Source: Picochlorum sp. SENEW3 (taxonomy: Eukaryota). Taken from it: 64,000 nucleotides of DNA. The stretch's first letter is position 1. The number at the start of each line of letters is the position of its first letter. The DNA is taken from the NCBI GenBank assembly GCA_034226945.1, contig CP120463.1:744001-808000 (forward strand). Direction: 5' to 3'. Below are positions 12,887 through 23,665 of the stretch, piece by piece. Position numbers and translations under genes: made by a program. The notes below the pieces were generated by a model. That model did not search any database and was not told the origin of the DNA. It was given only the letters and a program-made list of their open reading frames with translations.

Positions 12887-14636
12887 AATAGCCCATGTCT
12901 CTAGGAAACATGTGAGTTGGGGGGCGAGAAGGGTCTTGGATAGGAGACCTTGTGTTCAGTGTCGGCAGTGTGTTGTGGCATCAAAGAAGAAGGATGTTGG
13001 TGACGCAGATAGTAGTTCTTTATTTTTAAATGCTTTGGAAAAGCTCGAATCTAGTGCATTGGAACTGATTCCTGATGAAGAGCTCGTGGAAGAGGAGGAG
13101 GAGATTGCAGAAGAAGGGTATGCAGTTGAAGAAGACGAAGAAGAGGGAGTGCCTAGTGAATCTAGGCAGTATCAGAGCAGGCGGGCTCGAAATAGAGGCC
13201 AACCATACGAAAAAGAGATTCCAGACGATATGCTTCCACGCTTGTGTATTGTTGGGAGGCCCAATGTGGGTAAGAGTGCCCTGTTCAATCGCATTGTGGG
13301 GAAAAAGGTTGCCATTGTCTATGATTATCCTGGAGTGACACGAGACAGGTTGTACACCAGGGCGAACTGGGGAGGAAGGGATTTCATGTTGGTGGACACA
13401 GGAGGTCTCATGAGTAAAGCGGAAGAGCTTCCTGATGGAGAACGAGAGCAGGCAATCCGATCCATCTCTGAAAAGTTTCTACCTACTGCAATTGAGCGCC
13501 AGGCAGCTGCTGCTGTTGAGGAATCCGACTCGGTCATTGTTGTGGTGGATGGCCAGACTGGTCCAACAGCGTCTGATGAAGAGGTACTGTCTTGGTTGCG
13601 GCAATCACATCCAGGAAAGCATGTCACTCTGGCTGTAAACAAGTGTGAGAATCTTGCCAAAGCTGATGAGCAAGCTTCCGCATTTTGGGAACTTGGCATT
13701 GAACCCATTGCAGTGTCTGCAATCAGTGGGAGTGGAACAGGAGATATATTGGATGCAGCTGTGAAGGGATTACCTCCTCCTCTAGGATATGATACTATAG
13801 AGGAAGCAAAAGTGCCGATAAGTATGGCTATTATTGGACGACCTAATGTTGGGAAAAGCTCCTTGTTAAATTCCTTGGTAGGAAAAGAGAGGTCCATCGT
13901 GAGCTCAATGGCTGGAACAACTCGGGACGCCATCGACACAGATATTGAAACAAGCGATGGAAGACGTTTCAAACTGATTGATACAGCAGGAGTTAGGAAA
14001 AGAGCATCAATTGCTTCGGGAAAAGATGGTGCAGAGCCCCTATCCGTAGAAAGAGCATTCCACGCTGTGAGAAGAGCTGAGGTCGCTGTGCTCGTGATTG
14101 ACGCTTCCGAGGGAGTCACGCAGCAAGACTTTCGCCTTTCAGAGTACATAGCAGCAGAAGGTCGAGCCTGTGTTGTTGTTGTGAACAAATGGGACAAGGT
14201 ACCAAAGACAGATCATACACTGGCAGATTTCGAGGCAAATGTCAGAGCAGAGCTGCGCCCCATTGAATGGGCCAACATAGTCTTCACATCTGCGCTGACG
14301 GGTCAACGAGTCAAGCGTGTTCTTGATGCTGCAACAGCAGCAGCAGAGGAGCACAGACGGCGGATCACAACTGCAACATTGAACATGGTCATCCAGGATG
14401 CCACCGGCTGGAGAGCCCCTCCAAGCACAGGAAGTGGTCGTCGCGGAAGAGTGTATTATGGAACTCAAGCTGGCATAAAACCCCCAACCTTTGTCCTCTT
14501 CTGCAACGATCCCAAATTATTCCCAGAGGACTACAAAAAGTTCATGGAACGTCAATTCAGAGAAAACATTGGATACCCTGGTAGCCCAATACGAATCTTT
14601 TGGAGGGGCAAAACGCAGAATACTGATATAGAATAA
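12861..14636 (+). CDS. engA: EngA/Der double GTPase, probably plastid-targeted
   Basis: Two G-domains (GRPNVGKS, DTGG/DTAG, NKCE/NKWD) plus KH-like C-terminus (PPTFVLF..Y..F.E). First in-frame ATG is 12861. Confidence 0.95.
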   Translation: MEMTSLTDKIAHVSRKHVSWGARRVLDRRPCVQCRQCVVASKKKDVGDADSSSLFLNALEKLESSALELIPDEELVEEEEEIAEEGYAVEEDEEEGVPSESRQYQSRRARNRGQPYEKEIPDDMLPRLCIVGRPNVGKSALFNRIVGKKVAIVYDYPGVTRDRLYTRANWGGRDFMLVDTGGLMSKAEELPDGEREQAIRSISEKFLPTAIERQAAAAVEESDSVIVVVDGQTGPTASDEEVLSWLRQSHPGKHVTLAVNKCENLAKADEQASAFWELGIEPIAVSAISGSGTGDILDAAVKGLPPPLGYDTIEEAKVPISMAIIGRPNVGKSSLLNSLVGKERSIVSSMAGTTRDAIDTDIETSDGRRFKLIDTAGVRKRASIASGKDGAEPLSVERAFHAVRRAEVAVLVIDASEGVTQQDFRLSEYIAAEGRACVVVVNKWDKVPKTDHTLADFEANVRAELRPIEWANIVFTSALTGQRVKRVLDAATAAAEEHRRRITTATLNMVIQDATGWRAPPSTGSGRRGRVYYGTQAGIKPPTFVLFCNDPKLFPEDYKKFMERQFRENIGYPGSPIRIFWRGKTQNTDIE

Positions 14637-14900
14637 CGAGTATCTCGATCCAGATGTAAAAGAAAATCTTGTTTCATACAGCCAATATGAAACTTTTCAT
14701 GTCTAATATGACAATTGCAAAGCAATTGCCTTGATCATGATGGCAATGATGTTGCAGTACTGCTCTTCACAAGAGATTTAAATCACCATCTCAACAAAAA
14801 AACAGTCCGAGGCCATTAAGTACATAGATATTTTTATATTAATATCTGTTGAAATCAAATAAAAGGGAGATCGGATTTGAAAACACGCATATTTGTCGTC

Positions 14901-16868
14901 ATGGGCGACGACAATCATTCTGCAGGGGGAGGAGTTGGTTCCCAAAACACGCAAACCACCGATGGCATGGTGGATAAGCATATACGTTATGATAGAGGTA
15001 TTCGGATATGGGGCATACATGGCCAAGCCGCTCTTGAGCAGGCAAAGATTTGTTTGCTGAATTGTTCAGCTACAGGGTCAGAGGCTTTAAAGAATATGGT
15101 CCTTGGTGGTATCAACGCTTTCACGATTGTGGACAACTCTTTAGTTATAGATGAGGACTTGGGGACGAATTTCATGGTTCATCCATCATCCTTGGGGCAG
15201 CTGAGGGCGAAAGTGGTGACAGGTATGTGTTGACCTGACTAGTGGTGTCCTCTGGCCACTGGATGCATCAGTAGATTCATATGGTCGTCTCATTGTAATG
15301 CAGAATGTTTGAGAGAGCTAAATGATCATGTCGATGGGAGCTATGTGGAAGAGAGCCCCGGGAATTTGATTGCAAACAATCCTAGTTTCTTTGATGATTA
15401 TAGCATTATTATTGGGACTCAGTTGTCTGAGCAGGACTCGATAGCGTTGGATGCGATATGCCGACGATGCAACATTCCTGTGGTGTATGCAAGAACGTAT
15501 GGCCTTTCAGGAATGCTGAGGGTGCGTGGCATAGTGTGTGATGTGCATGAATCATGGTAGAACTCATCCGAGTACTTCAAACTGTCTCTTGGTTGTAGAA
15601 TTCTGTGATGGAGCACTGTGTGATCGAGTCAAAGCCGGAAAGTACTGTACATGATTATAGGTTTGGGTACCCATGGCCTGAACTGGAAAAAATGGCAACC
15701 GATCTGGACCTGGATGAATTGGGTGAGGCAGAGCACAGCCACGTGCCATATGGTACGTCCCTTGTGATGAGTTTTCAACCATTCTTGTGAGTATGTTGTG
15801 CTCATATCTAATGACATTGTACTGCAGGTGTCTTACTGGTTAGGGCAATGAGTGAATGGAAAAGAAAGCATCCAGATGCAGAGCTGCCAATCAGCTCAGA
15901 AGAGCGTAGAGAATTCAAGGCCCTTCTGAAATCATGGCAGCGCAAGATTGATGATTGCCCAATTCCTGAGGAGAACTTTGACGAAGCAGTATCGAATATG
16001 AATAAAGTATGGGGGCCTAAAAAGATTCGTACGTGGTGCAATGTATATGACAGTTGGTGAAATGGTATACTAATTTGATGGTGGCTCTTTTTTGGATGCA
16101 GCCTCTGAAATCCTCGCAATTTTCGACGATGAAAAGTGTCAAGAGCTGACAAATCAATCGAGTAATTTTTGGATCATATGCGCTGCCCTGAAAATGTTCA
16201 CCGAAACCATGGGACAGGGACATTTACCAGTGTGTCCTACCCTCCCAGATATGCATTCAACAACCACCAGGTATCTGGAGCTCCAACAGGTGTACAAGGA
16301 TCGATTTGCTGAAGAGGTTCAAGCAGTGCATAAGCATTGTATTGATATTATGAAAACATTCGGTATTGATACGTCCCGTATATCATCAGAGCTCGTAAAG
16401 ACTGTGTGCCTGCATGTCAGAACCTTGAGGGTTGTGAGGACAAAACCATACCTGCAGTTAGACGAACCCAGCACCTTATCAGCCATGAAGCGTGTTATAT
16501 CATGTGAGGGAAAGGGCTCGGCCGCCGCTATTCTACTTCTTCTGCGCTGCGTTGACTCATTCCATGAGCAACACAAGCGATTTCCTGGGGAAGGAGAAAC
16601 AGCTGACAGGGAGGAAGATGCAGCTCTCCTCAAGCATATACTCGCGTCCTCCACAGACAATATGTTTACATCCATCGATAGCAACGAGGATATATTGTTT
16701 GAGCTCGTTCGAGCAGGTGGCAAAGAATTGCACTGCGTAGCATCCGTCATGGGTGCATTGGCGTCTCAAGAGGTTATCAAACTTTTGACTGGCCAATGCG
16801 TTCCCGTCGGGGGCACCCTTATTTATGACGCCATGAACTGCTCCACCACTATATTTGATATTTATTAA
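14901..16868 (+). CDS. NAE1: NEDD8-activating enzyme E1 regulatory subunit (APP-BP1/AXR1)
   Basis: [51 protein letters not shown] and ELHCVAS..SQEVIKL motifs. Multiple GT-AG introns. Confidence 0.92.
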
Positions 16869-16905
16869 ATATAAATAAAGCCTCAGATGTCCCAGAAGTA
16901 ACTTT

Positions 16906-17472
16906 ATGCCTTCCCATTCCGTCGTATCGTGCCAACAACTACTGCGGAAGGAAACACGATACACCCACATCCATATACCCCGATGCCGCCTGATTCCTTG
17001 TTTCATACATCGCTATAGACCAGTGAAAAGAACTTGTGCCAACGCTGTTCGACTGCGGTCAGCAGAGCATGAAGATGCCAAGGATATTGCTGCCTTGGAA
17101 GCCGGCCAAGGTAGGTGGACCTTCCAGCAAGTACAGGACGAAATATCCAGAGAGATATCCAATGCTGTAGTGGCGGTAGATAAAAACTGTATAGTAGGAT
17201 GGATCACGGTATGGTGTATACCGCCATTCGAGTCGCAGATCATTCAAATAACAGTGTGTCCAGAGAGGCAGAGACAAGGGATTGCAACGCAGTTGCTCAC
17301 ACACATGATTGAGACGTCAACAGCGCTAGGCATCAGCACCATGGTTCTCGAAGTACGTGAATATAATACTGCTGCGAGAAGATTGTATGAAAAACTAGGG
17401 TTCAAAGACGTAGGCGTACGAAAAAACTATTACAAGGATGGATCGCATGCAGTCCTGATGGAACGAACATGA
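16906..17472 (+). CDS. RimI-like GNAT N-acetyltransferase
   Basis: QRQGIA acetyl-CoA motif and LEVREYNTAARRLYEKLGF..VGVRKNYY. Confidence 0.9.
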   Translation: MPSHSVVSCQQLLRKETRYTHIHIPRCRLIPCFIHRYRPVKRTCANAVRLRSAEHEDAKDIAALEAGQGRWTFQQVQDEISREISNAVVAVDKNCIVGWITVWCIPPFESQIIQITVCPERQRQGIATQLLTHMIETSTALGISTMVLEVREYNTAARRLYEKLGFKDVGVRKNYYKDGSHAVLMERT

Positions 17473-18816
17473 TCAATGAGATTTCTTCACAAAGGGTGGC
17501 ATCGATAAAAGTTTCTCTGCATCAGGCCTATCTTTTGGATCAAATTTGAGCATGGAACGAATCATCTGCATACATGATGTCGTCATTGTCGGGAGCAGAG
17601 GTACCTTGCCTCGCCTCAAATCATCATACATTTGGCCTCCAGAGGGAAGTTCATTGCCACTCGCCAACTCGAACAACGTCGCTCCAAGAGCGAATATATC
17701 TGCTTTTTCTAGCTGCGTGTAATCTGAATTCATCACTTCAAGTGGAAGGTAGCAGGCATCTCCTTCTTGCACAGTCATGGCTTGCACTGCTGCGCCCCCA
17801 AGTGGTTGACAGTTTGTTGCCAGACCAAAGTCTCCAATCTTGATCTCGCCGGGTAACAATTCCATGGGATCTTTGTCATCCCCATCCTTTCGAACTATGA
17901 TGATATTACTCGGTTTAATATCCATATGCGCAATGCCATGCGCATGCAAATGCTTGAGAGCACACAGCACTTGCCGCGCCACCTCAACAAGCGTCCTCTC
18001 TGGCAACGGATCACCCAATGAAATACTTTTCAATGTACAACTTCCAGCTTCTAATTGCAGGAAGAGATTCTCCGTATCATGGTGACCCACAGTTGCTTCT
18101 GTCCATGATGCATAATACCTAATGATACCCTGATGATATGGGACATTGCTGAGAATCTGAACCTCCTGTAAAAACTGTGCAAACTCTGGAGACTGTCTCC
18201 GAACACCTCTCAGCGTCCTTTTAATGGCATATACCTTTCCATCAAGCTTGTGCCTTGCACTATACACTTTGCAAAACGATCCCTGACCAAGCATGCCAGT
18301 CTCCTTGAATTCATCTCTATACCGTGATCCGCTCGGCACTGGAACCCCAACCTCCCCTCCGGTCCAACTCATCATTGAAGCCTCTTCTTCAGCATCTTTC
18401 GAAAAGGCATTCCTATAGCACGGTGCCACCTGTGGAGGTCGAGCATAGTGCTGCCCACCCATCTTTGGGGAGATATTCCGCACCCTCTTGATCCTCGTTG
18501 GCGATATGACCGCAGGTGATCTCTGCCTCACTAACGTCCCAGCCACTCTCTGACTGGTGAGATCACATTCCACATCAAACTGATCAGCCGGGGTCACAAA
18601 GTCCTGACTCATGAGCCCATCTAGTTGAGAGGGGTGAACCGCCTGCATCTGGGACGGAGGTGGCATATTCTCACAATCCTCATGAAACAATGGAACCCTA
18701 CTTTTATAATTCATAGATTTCTGCTGCGATGCCAAGCACATGTTACTAAATGGACCACTGAGTTGCCCTTCAGGGCAACCATCGCCAGACACCTGCTCCT
18801 GCTGGGAGGCAAACAT
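17473..18816 (-). CDS. WEE1: WEE1 kinase
   Basis: SRYRDEF, LGQGSF, HMDIKPSN, KIGDFG, EGDACY and KADIFALG motifs. Confidence 0.92.
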   Translation of the reverse strand: MFASQQEQVSGDGCPEGQLSGPFSNMCLASQQKSMNYKSRVPLFHEDCENMPPPSQMQAVHPSQLDGLMSQDFVTPADQFDVECDLTSQRVAGTLVRQRSPAVISPTRIKRVRNISPKMGGQHYARPPQVAPCYRNAFSKDAEEEASMMSWTGGEVGVPVPSGSRYRDEFKETGMLGQGSFCKVYSARHKLDGKVYAIKRTLRGVRRQSPEFAQFLQEVQILSNVPYHQGIIRYYASWTEATVGHHDTENLFLQLEAGSCTLKSISLGDPLPERTLVEVARQVLCALKHLHAHGIAHMDIKPSNIIIVRKDGDDKDPMELLPGEIKIGDFGLATNCQPLGGAAVQAMTVQEGDACYLPLEVMNSDYTQLEKADIFALGATLFELASGNELPSGGQMYDDLRRGKVPLLPTMTTSCMQMIRSMLKFDPKDRPDAEKLLSMPPFVKKSH

Positions 18817-19543
18817 GTACGTATTTTCTATCTACTATCTACACTGGTACTAATTGTATATTTAATATTTGTATTCCAACTGGTAGTGTGTTGTATCGAC
18901 GACGCATCGATTATTATTCCAACCACCGAGCAACGAAAGTAACGAACGATGTTTTTATATAGCCTTATTATGGAACTCCATTCTGCATGGCCTTGCCTTA
19001 TTCATAAAGCATAGGTAATATTTATATTATGGAACGAGCATCTATTTAGGTAGATTAGCCATTGGCCATACAGTAGCATGATGCAATCGAAGCAGGTTTC
19101 TTTCGCCTGCTTCGATATGCCAAGATCAGTGTCCTGGTGCAATCATGCCTTGGAAACAGACACCAGGTACAGTATGCCATACATAATCGCGGAACGGCAT
19201 TCGTGTCTTCCACTGTCTATCGAATATGATAGTGCGCTTGATGATGTCACAGAAGAGTAGTATCATATCGGAGGCAAGAAAACAATGGATACAACCACCA
19301 CCTCCTGGTGGTTCCAGTCTAGCAAAGCGATCTCAATTGGAAAGTCGGAATAGAAATTCAAATTTCGAACCCCCGCCCATTTTGACATTCGGGCAACTCT
19401 CGAGATTTCAAATAGTATCATCACTAGTACACGAGTTGTTGTTGTGATATATATTTTATATTAACAAAAGTATACGATACTGGGTATCAAAGAAGTAGAC
19501 AGGTTGCCCTACTCGTGTGACTAGATTTCAAAATTCGTAGACA

Positions 19544-22248
19544 ATGGTGCGTCAGATTGCGAGTCGATATTGGTCTCTGCACACGTATACTCTATTTAAT
19601 AAATCAATTGTAATGTTTTCCTGGTGTCTGATCTGCAGGTATCACAGGACGATCCAGTGAGAGACGACGAGATCAATGAGGCGGTGCCTTCCGACGGGGA
19701 ATACGATGACGATGAGCAGAGTATTCGACATGAGGGCTCGGAAGAAGAGGGTGAGGATCTCATGGATAATATGGAGGCTGATTATAGGCCTATGGAGCAA
19801 TTGGATAGGTATGAGCAACATGGTATTGATCAGGGATTTGTGGATGATGTGACTGAGGAAGAGCGATTTGCTGCTCGATTGGCGGCAGAGAAGGAGCTTG
19901 CTGCGCGGGACAGGTTTGAAGGTATTGGCTCTGTTCGTAAAGGAAGACTTCCTGCTGCGTTGGCAGAAGAGCTGGAGGGGGATGACGAGTTCAGGCCACG
20001 GAGGCGTCGCAGAGTGGAGGATGTCCAGACTGGGATGGGCGAGGAAGAATTCGAGGATGCTGACGTTGCAATCAACTTGGAAGAGCCGCGAGGACCTGTC
20101 AAGGATTTCATCGCAGAGGAAGCTGTTCAGCGTGAGATCAAGCGTCAATTCAAACGATTTCTGTTGCAGTTTACTGATGATCATGGGGATGCCGTCTATG
20201 CCCAGCGTTTGAGGGACATGGTGAGAGCAAACAAGTCGACGTTGGAGGTTGACTATGTCGATTTGGCTCATTGGATTCCTCAAGTTGCTATTTGGGTGGC
20301 CGATTTGCCCAATGATGTTTTGCCAATTTTGGATGAGACTGGCAAGGATGTTGCATCCAGTGAATTTGAAGGATATGAAGCCATTCAAAACCACGTGTAT
20401 ATCAGAATTGCCAACATTCCATTGCAGGAATCCATCAGAGATTTACGTCACTTTCATATTAATCAGTTGGTGAGAGTTGACGGTGTTGTCACACGTCGAA
20501 CTGGCGTGTTCCCTCAGCTGGACAGGATTATGTTTGACTGCGAAAAGTGCGGTGCTGTGTTGGGTCCACATTTCCAGACAGGTGATAAGGAAATCAAGAT
20601 CAATTCATGCGCAGCATGTCAATCGAAAGGGCCTTTCTCTGTGAATGCAAAGGAGACTGTGTATCGCAATTATCAAAAACTGACCTTGCAAGAATCTCCA
20701 GGTAATGTGCCAGCTGGTAGACTCCCACGCTCCAAGGACGTGCTCTTGTTGAACGATCTCGTCGATTGTGCTCGACCAGGAGAGGAAATTATCGTCACTG
20801 GTGTATTTGAACATAGCTTCCAATCATCTCAGAATGCAAAACATGGCTTCCCTGTGTACTCGACGATGATCAAGGCAAACCACATTGCCAAAAAGGGCAG
20901 TGCATATGCAGCTGCGCGTCTTACAGATGAGGATCGTAATGAAATCAGAGAACTTGCACGTGATCCTCGTATCGGTGAGAGAATCATCAAGTCTATTGCT
21001 CCATCCATCTATGGACATGAGAATATCAAACGCGCTATTGCGCTGTCACTCTTTGGAGGACAAGAGAAGCATCCATCAAATACACACAGACTCCGTGGAG
21101 ACATCAATGTACTCTTGTTGGGAGATCCGGGAACAGCGAAATCTCAGTTTTTGAAGTACGTTGAAGGATGTGCACATAGAGCAGTATATACAACAGGTAA
21201 AGGAGCATCCGCTGTTGGTCTCACGGCTGCTGTCCACAAGGACCCGATCACTCGAGAGTGGACATTGGAAGGAGGAGCGCTTGTGCTTGCTGACCGTGGT
21301 GTCTGCCTGATTGATGAGTTTGACAAGATGAACGATCAGGATAGAGTTTCAATTCACGAGGCTATGGAACAGCAGTCTATCTCGATTTCCAAGGCTGGTA
21401 TTGTGACACAATTACAGGCCAGATGCTCTGTGCTTGCAGCAGCCAACCCTGTTGGTGGGCGATATGACTCATCAAGAACATTTGCGGAGAATGTTGAACT
21501 GACAGAGCCCATCTTGTCTCGTTTCGATGTTCTCTGTGTTATTCGAGATATCGTTGATCCGGTCAACGATGAGAAATTGGCCGATTTTGTCGTGGGATCC
21601 CATGCCTCCTCCCACCCACACGGTGCACAAGATGATCAAGAGAACCAAGCTCCAGAGGAAGACCCAGATATTATTCCACAAGACTTGCTCAAAAAGTACA
21701 TCACATTCGCCAAGCAAACGTGCAAACCACGCCTCCATACAGGTGACTATGACAAAATTGCCACAGTGTACTCGGAGCTCAGGAGAGAAAGCAGTGTGAC
21801 TCAGGGCATGCCAATTGCAGTGCGACATCTTGAAAGTATGATCCGTATGGCAGAGGCCAGAGCAGCCATGCACTTGCGAGAATATGTGAATGACGACGAT
21901 ATCGATGCTGCCATCAAAACAATGCTCGAGTCGTTCATCTCCACTCAAAAGCTGAGCATCCAAAAGGTGATGAGAAGAAAGTTCTCGCGCTTCATCGTCA
22001 CTAAGGGAGACTACAACTCGCTCGTCCTCTTCAAACTTAGAGAATGCTTGAGAGATGCACGAAGCATAGAGCAAATCACTGGCCAAATCCAAGACAAAGA
22101 GTATTACAACATCCCTCTGAGGCAGCTCGAGGAGCGATGCAGAGAAATGGGCATTGCAGACCTCACCCCATTCCTCCAATCCTCAGAGTTCTCCAAAGCT
22201 GGGTTTGAGTACAGCCCTGAAGGCTCACTGATCAAACTATCCCGTTGA
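19544..22248 (+). CDS. MCM2: DNA replication licensing factor MCM2
   Basis: Acidic N-terminus, C4 zinc finger, GDPGTAKS, IDEFDKM, SRFD. The first coding exon is probably only the ATG at 19544, followed by a GTGCGT donor. Confidence 0.97.
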
Positions 22249-22324
22249 TCAGCACCCAACAGAACTGATCATTCACCCATTGTTTCTTGCTGTAACACCT
22301 GTAAGTATATTTCACAATAGCATA

Positions 22325-22459
22325 TTATATGCACACACTGAAACTTGTTGCACCAGGACACACAGTCCACAACACCATAGTGAATAGTCACTCTAGGCAC
22401 CATGCGGCAATTGAGCTCCATGGATGAAAAAGGAAGAACAAATGCTTGACGTAGTGCCA
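22325..22459 (-). ncRNA. Box H/ACA snoRNA candidate (two hairpins) in intron 22569-22299 of a non-coding host
   Basis: Two hairpins with internal pockets, followed at 14 nt by AGA and at 15 nt by AUA. Pocket arms are complementary to conserved 18S sequences UGCGGC|UU|AAUUUGAC and GAAACU|UA|CCA. The H box is non-canonical. Confidence 0.65.
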
Positions 22460-22903
22460 TCAATATCATCAATATAGATATTCGCGAATCATACAACACC
22501 AATCTGCCATGCATGTTACCATGCACACAACAGGTTGACGAGTTCCACATGATCACTCGATTCACATACCTTCTATAGACATTCTACTTTTAAATCAAGA
22601 TTACCATGCATCACACACACATGAGTTCGTGTGTGGGGAACTTCCTTACATAAACACAATAAAAAACCGAAACCACGCGTGCAAGTGTGAGAGGACGCGA
22701 TTTCGCGTCATGGACCACGCCATTACCATTGGACCTTTTCTTTCGACAAGGCCATTTGAGTCTCCCAAACTCCTCCGACGCCTGTATCTAAAAATACCTG
22801 CAAAACATTGACCTGTGTTGTACACATTGACCTGTGGCTGAGACTCGGTCAACCAGACAACGTCTCTTCTGAACCGAGGGAGGCACGAATTTCTCTTGAA
22901 TAC

Positions 22904-23446
22904 ATGACGAGTAGTAGCTCTTCTTTTTCTTCATATAAATCACCGTACGAGGTGCTAGGACTCCGCCCAGGGGCGAGTCGGAGGGACGTCAAGGAAGCAT
23001 ACAGAAGGCTCTGTTTACAATACCATCCTGACTTGTGCCCCAAAGATGCTCGGCCGCATTCGGAGACGGCGTTTAAAGAAATTTCAGCAGCATATACTGC
23101 CCTGACAAAGGGGGCTGGTGGCCATACTGGTAACACGCAGACTGGCCCAGGAGGAGCCTATTACAGATACAGTAGTGCTTACCACACGCATGCCAGAAGA
23201 GGTAAATTTTCAAACGGTGTCTTGGCTGCTGTGCTAGCAGCACCGTTAGCAATGCTTGGTTTTATGTTGCAAAGAAAGAAGGATGAGGTGATGAGCATCG
23301 GGAGCGAGATGAAGATTAGGCCCTATGGGTTTTTCCATCCACCTGTGAATCCATACCTGAGGGATGATTTAAAGCCCCGCACGGCTGAAAACAAGTGGTT
23401 TGGTGGCACCAGTAAGCGCGACACTGCTGCTGAAAGTCGCACCTAA
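22904..23446 (+). CDS. J-domain (DnaJ type III) protein with one hydrophobic segment
   Basis: PYEVLGL..VKEAYRRL..YHPD..FKEISAAY. Confidence 0.9.
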   Translation: MTSSSSSFSSYKSPYEVLGLRPGASRRDVKEAYRRLCLQYHPDLCPKDARPHSETAFKEISAAYTALTKGAGGHTGNTQTGPGGAYYRYSSAYHTHARRGKFSNGVLAAVLAAPLAMLGFMLQRKKDEVMSIGSEMKIRPYGFFHPPVNPYLRDDLKPRTAENKWFGGTSKRDTAAESRT

Positions 23447-23665
23447 ATCGACACCTGTGTGAATATCATAGCATTTCTCAGCGTGCGCGTGATTTTCTTT
23501 TTCCTTCTTCTCATTTCCAATCACATCATGATGATGATCATCATGTATATGCTGGCTCCTTCCTTCTGTATGCATAATCATTGTTTTCTACGAATAATAC
23601 TGCGAGCACTTGTAACATAGTATCACCTTCTTTTCATCGGTACTTGTGGTTTCAGGGAGGATGTC

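Noticed and set aside
13325..14197. Long antisense ORFs (also 19642-20394, 21472-22179, 3526-4143)
   Set aside because: Shadows of well-conserved genes on the opposite strand.
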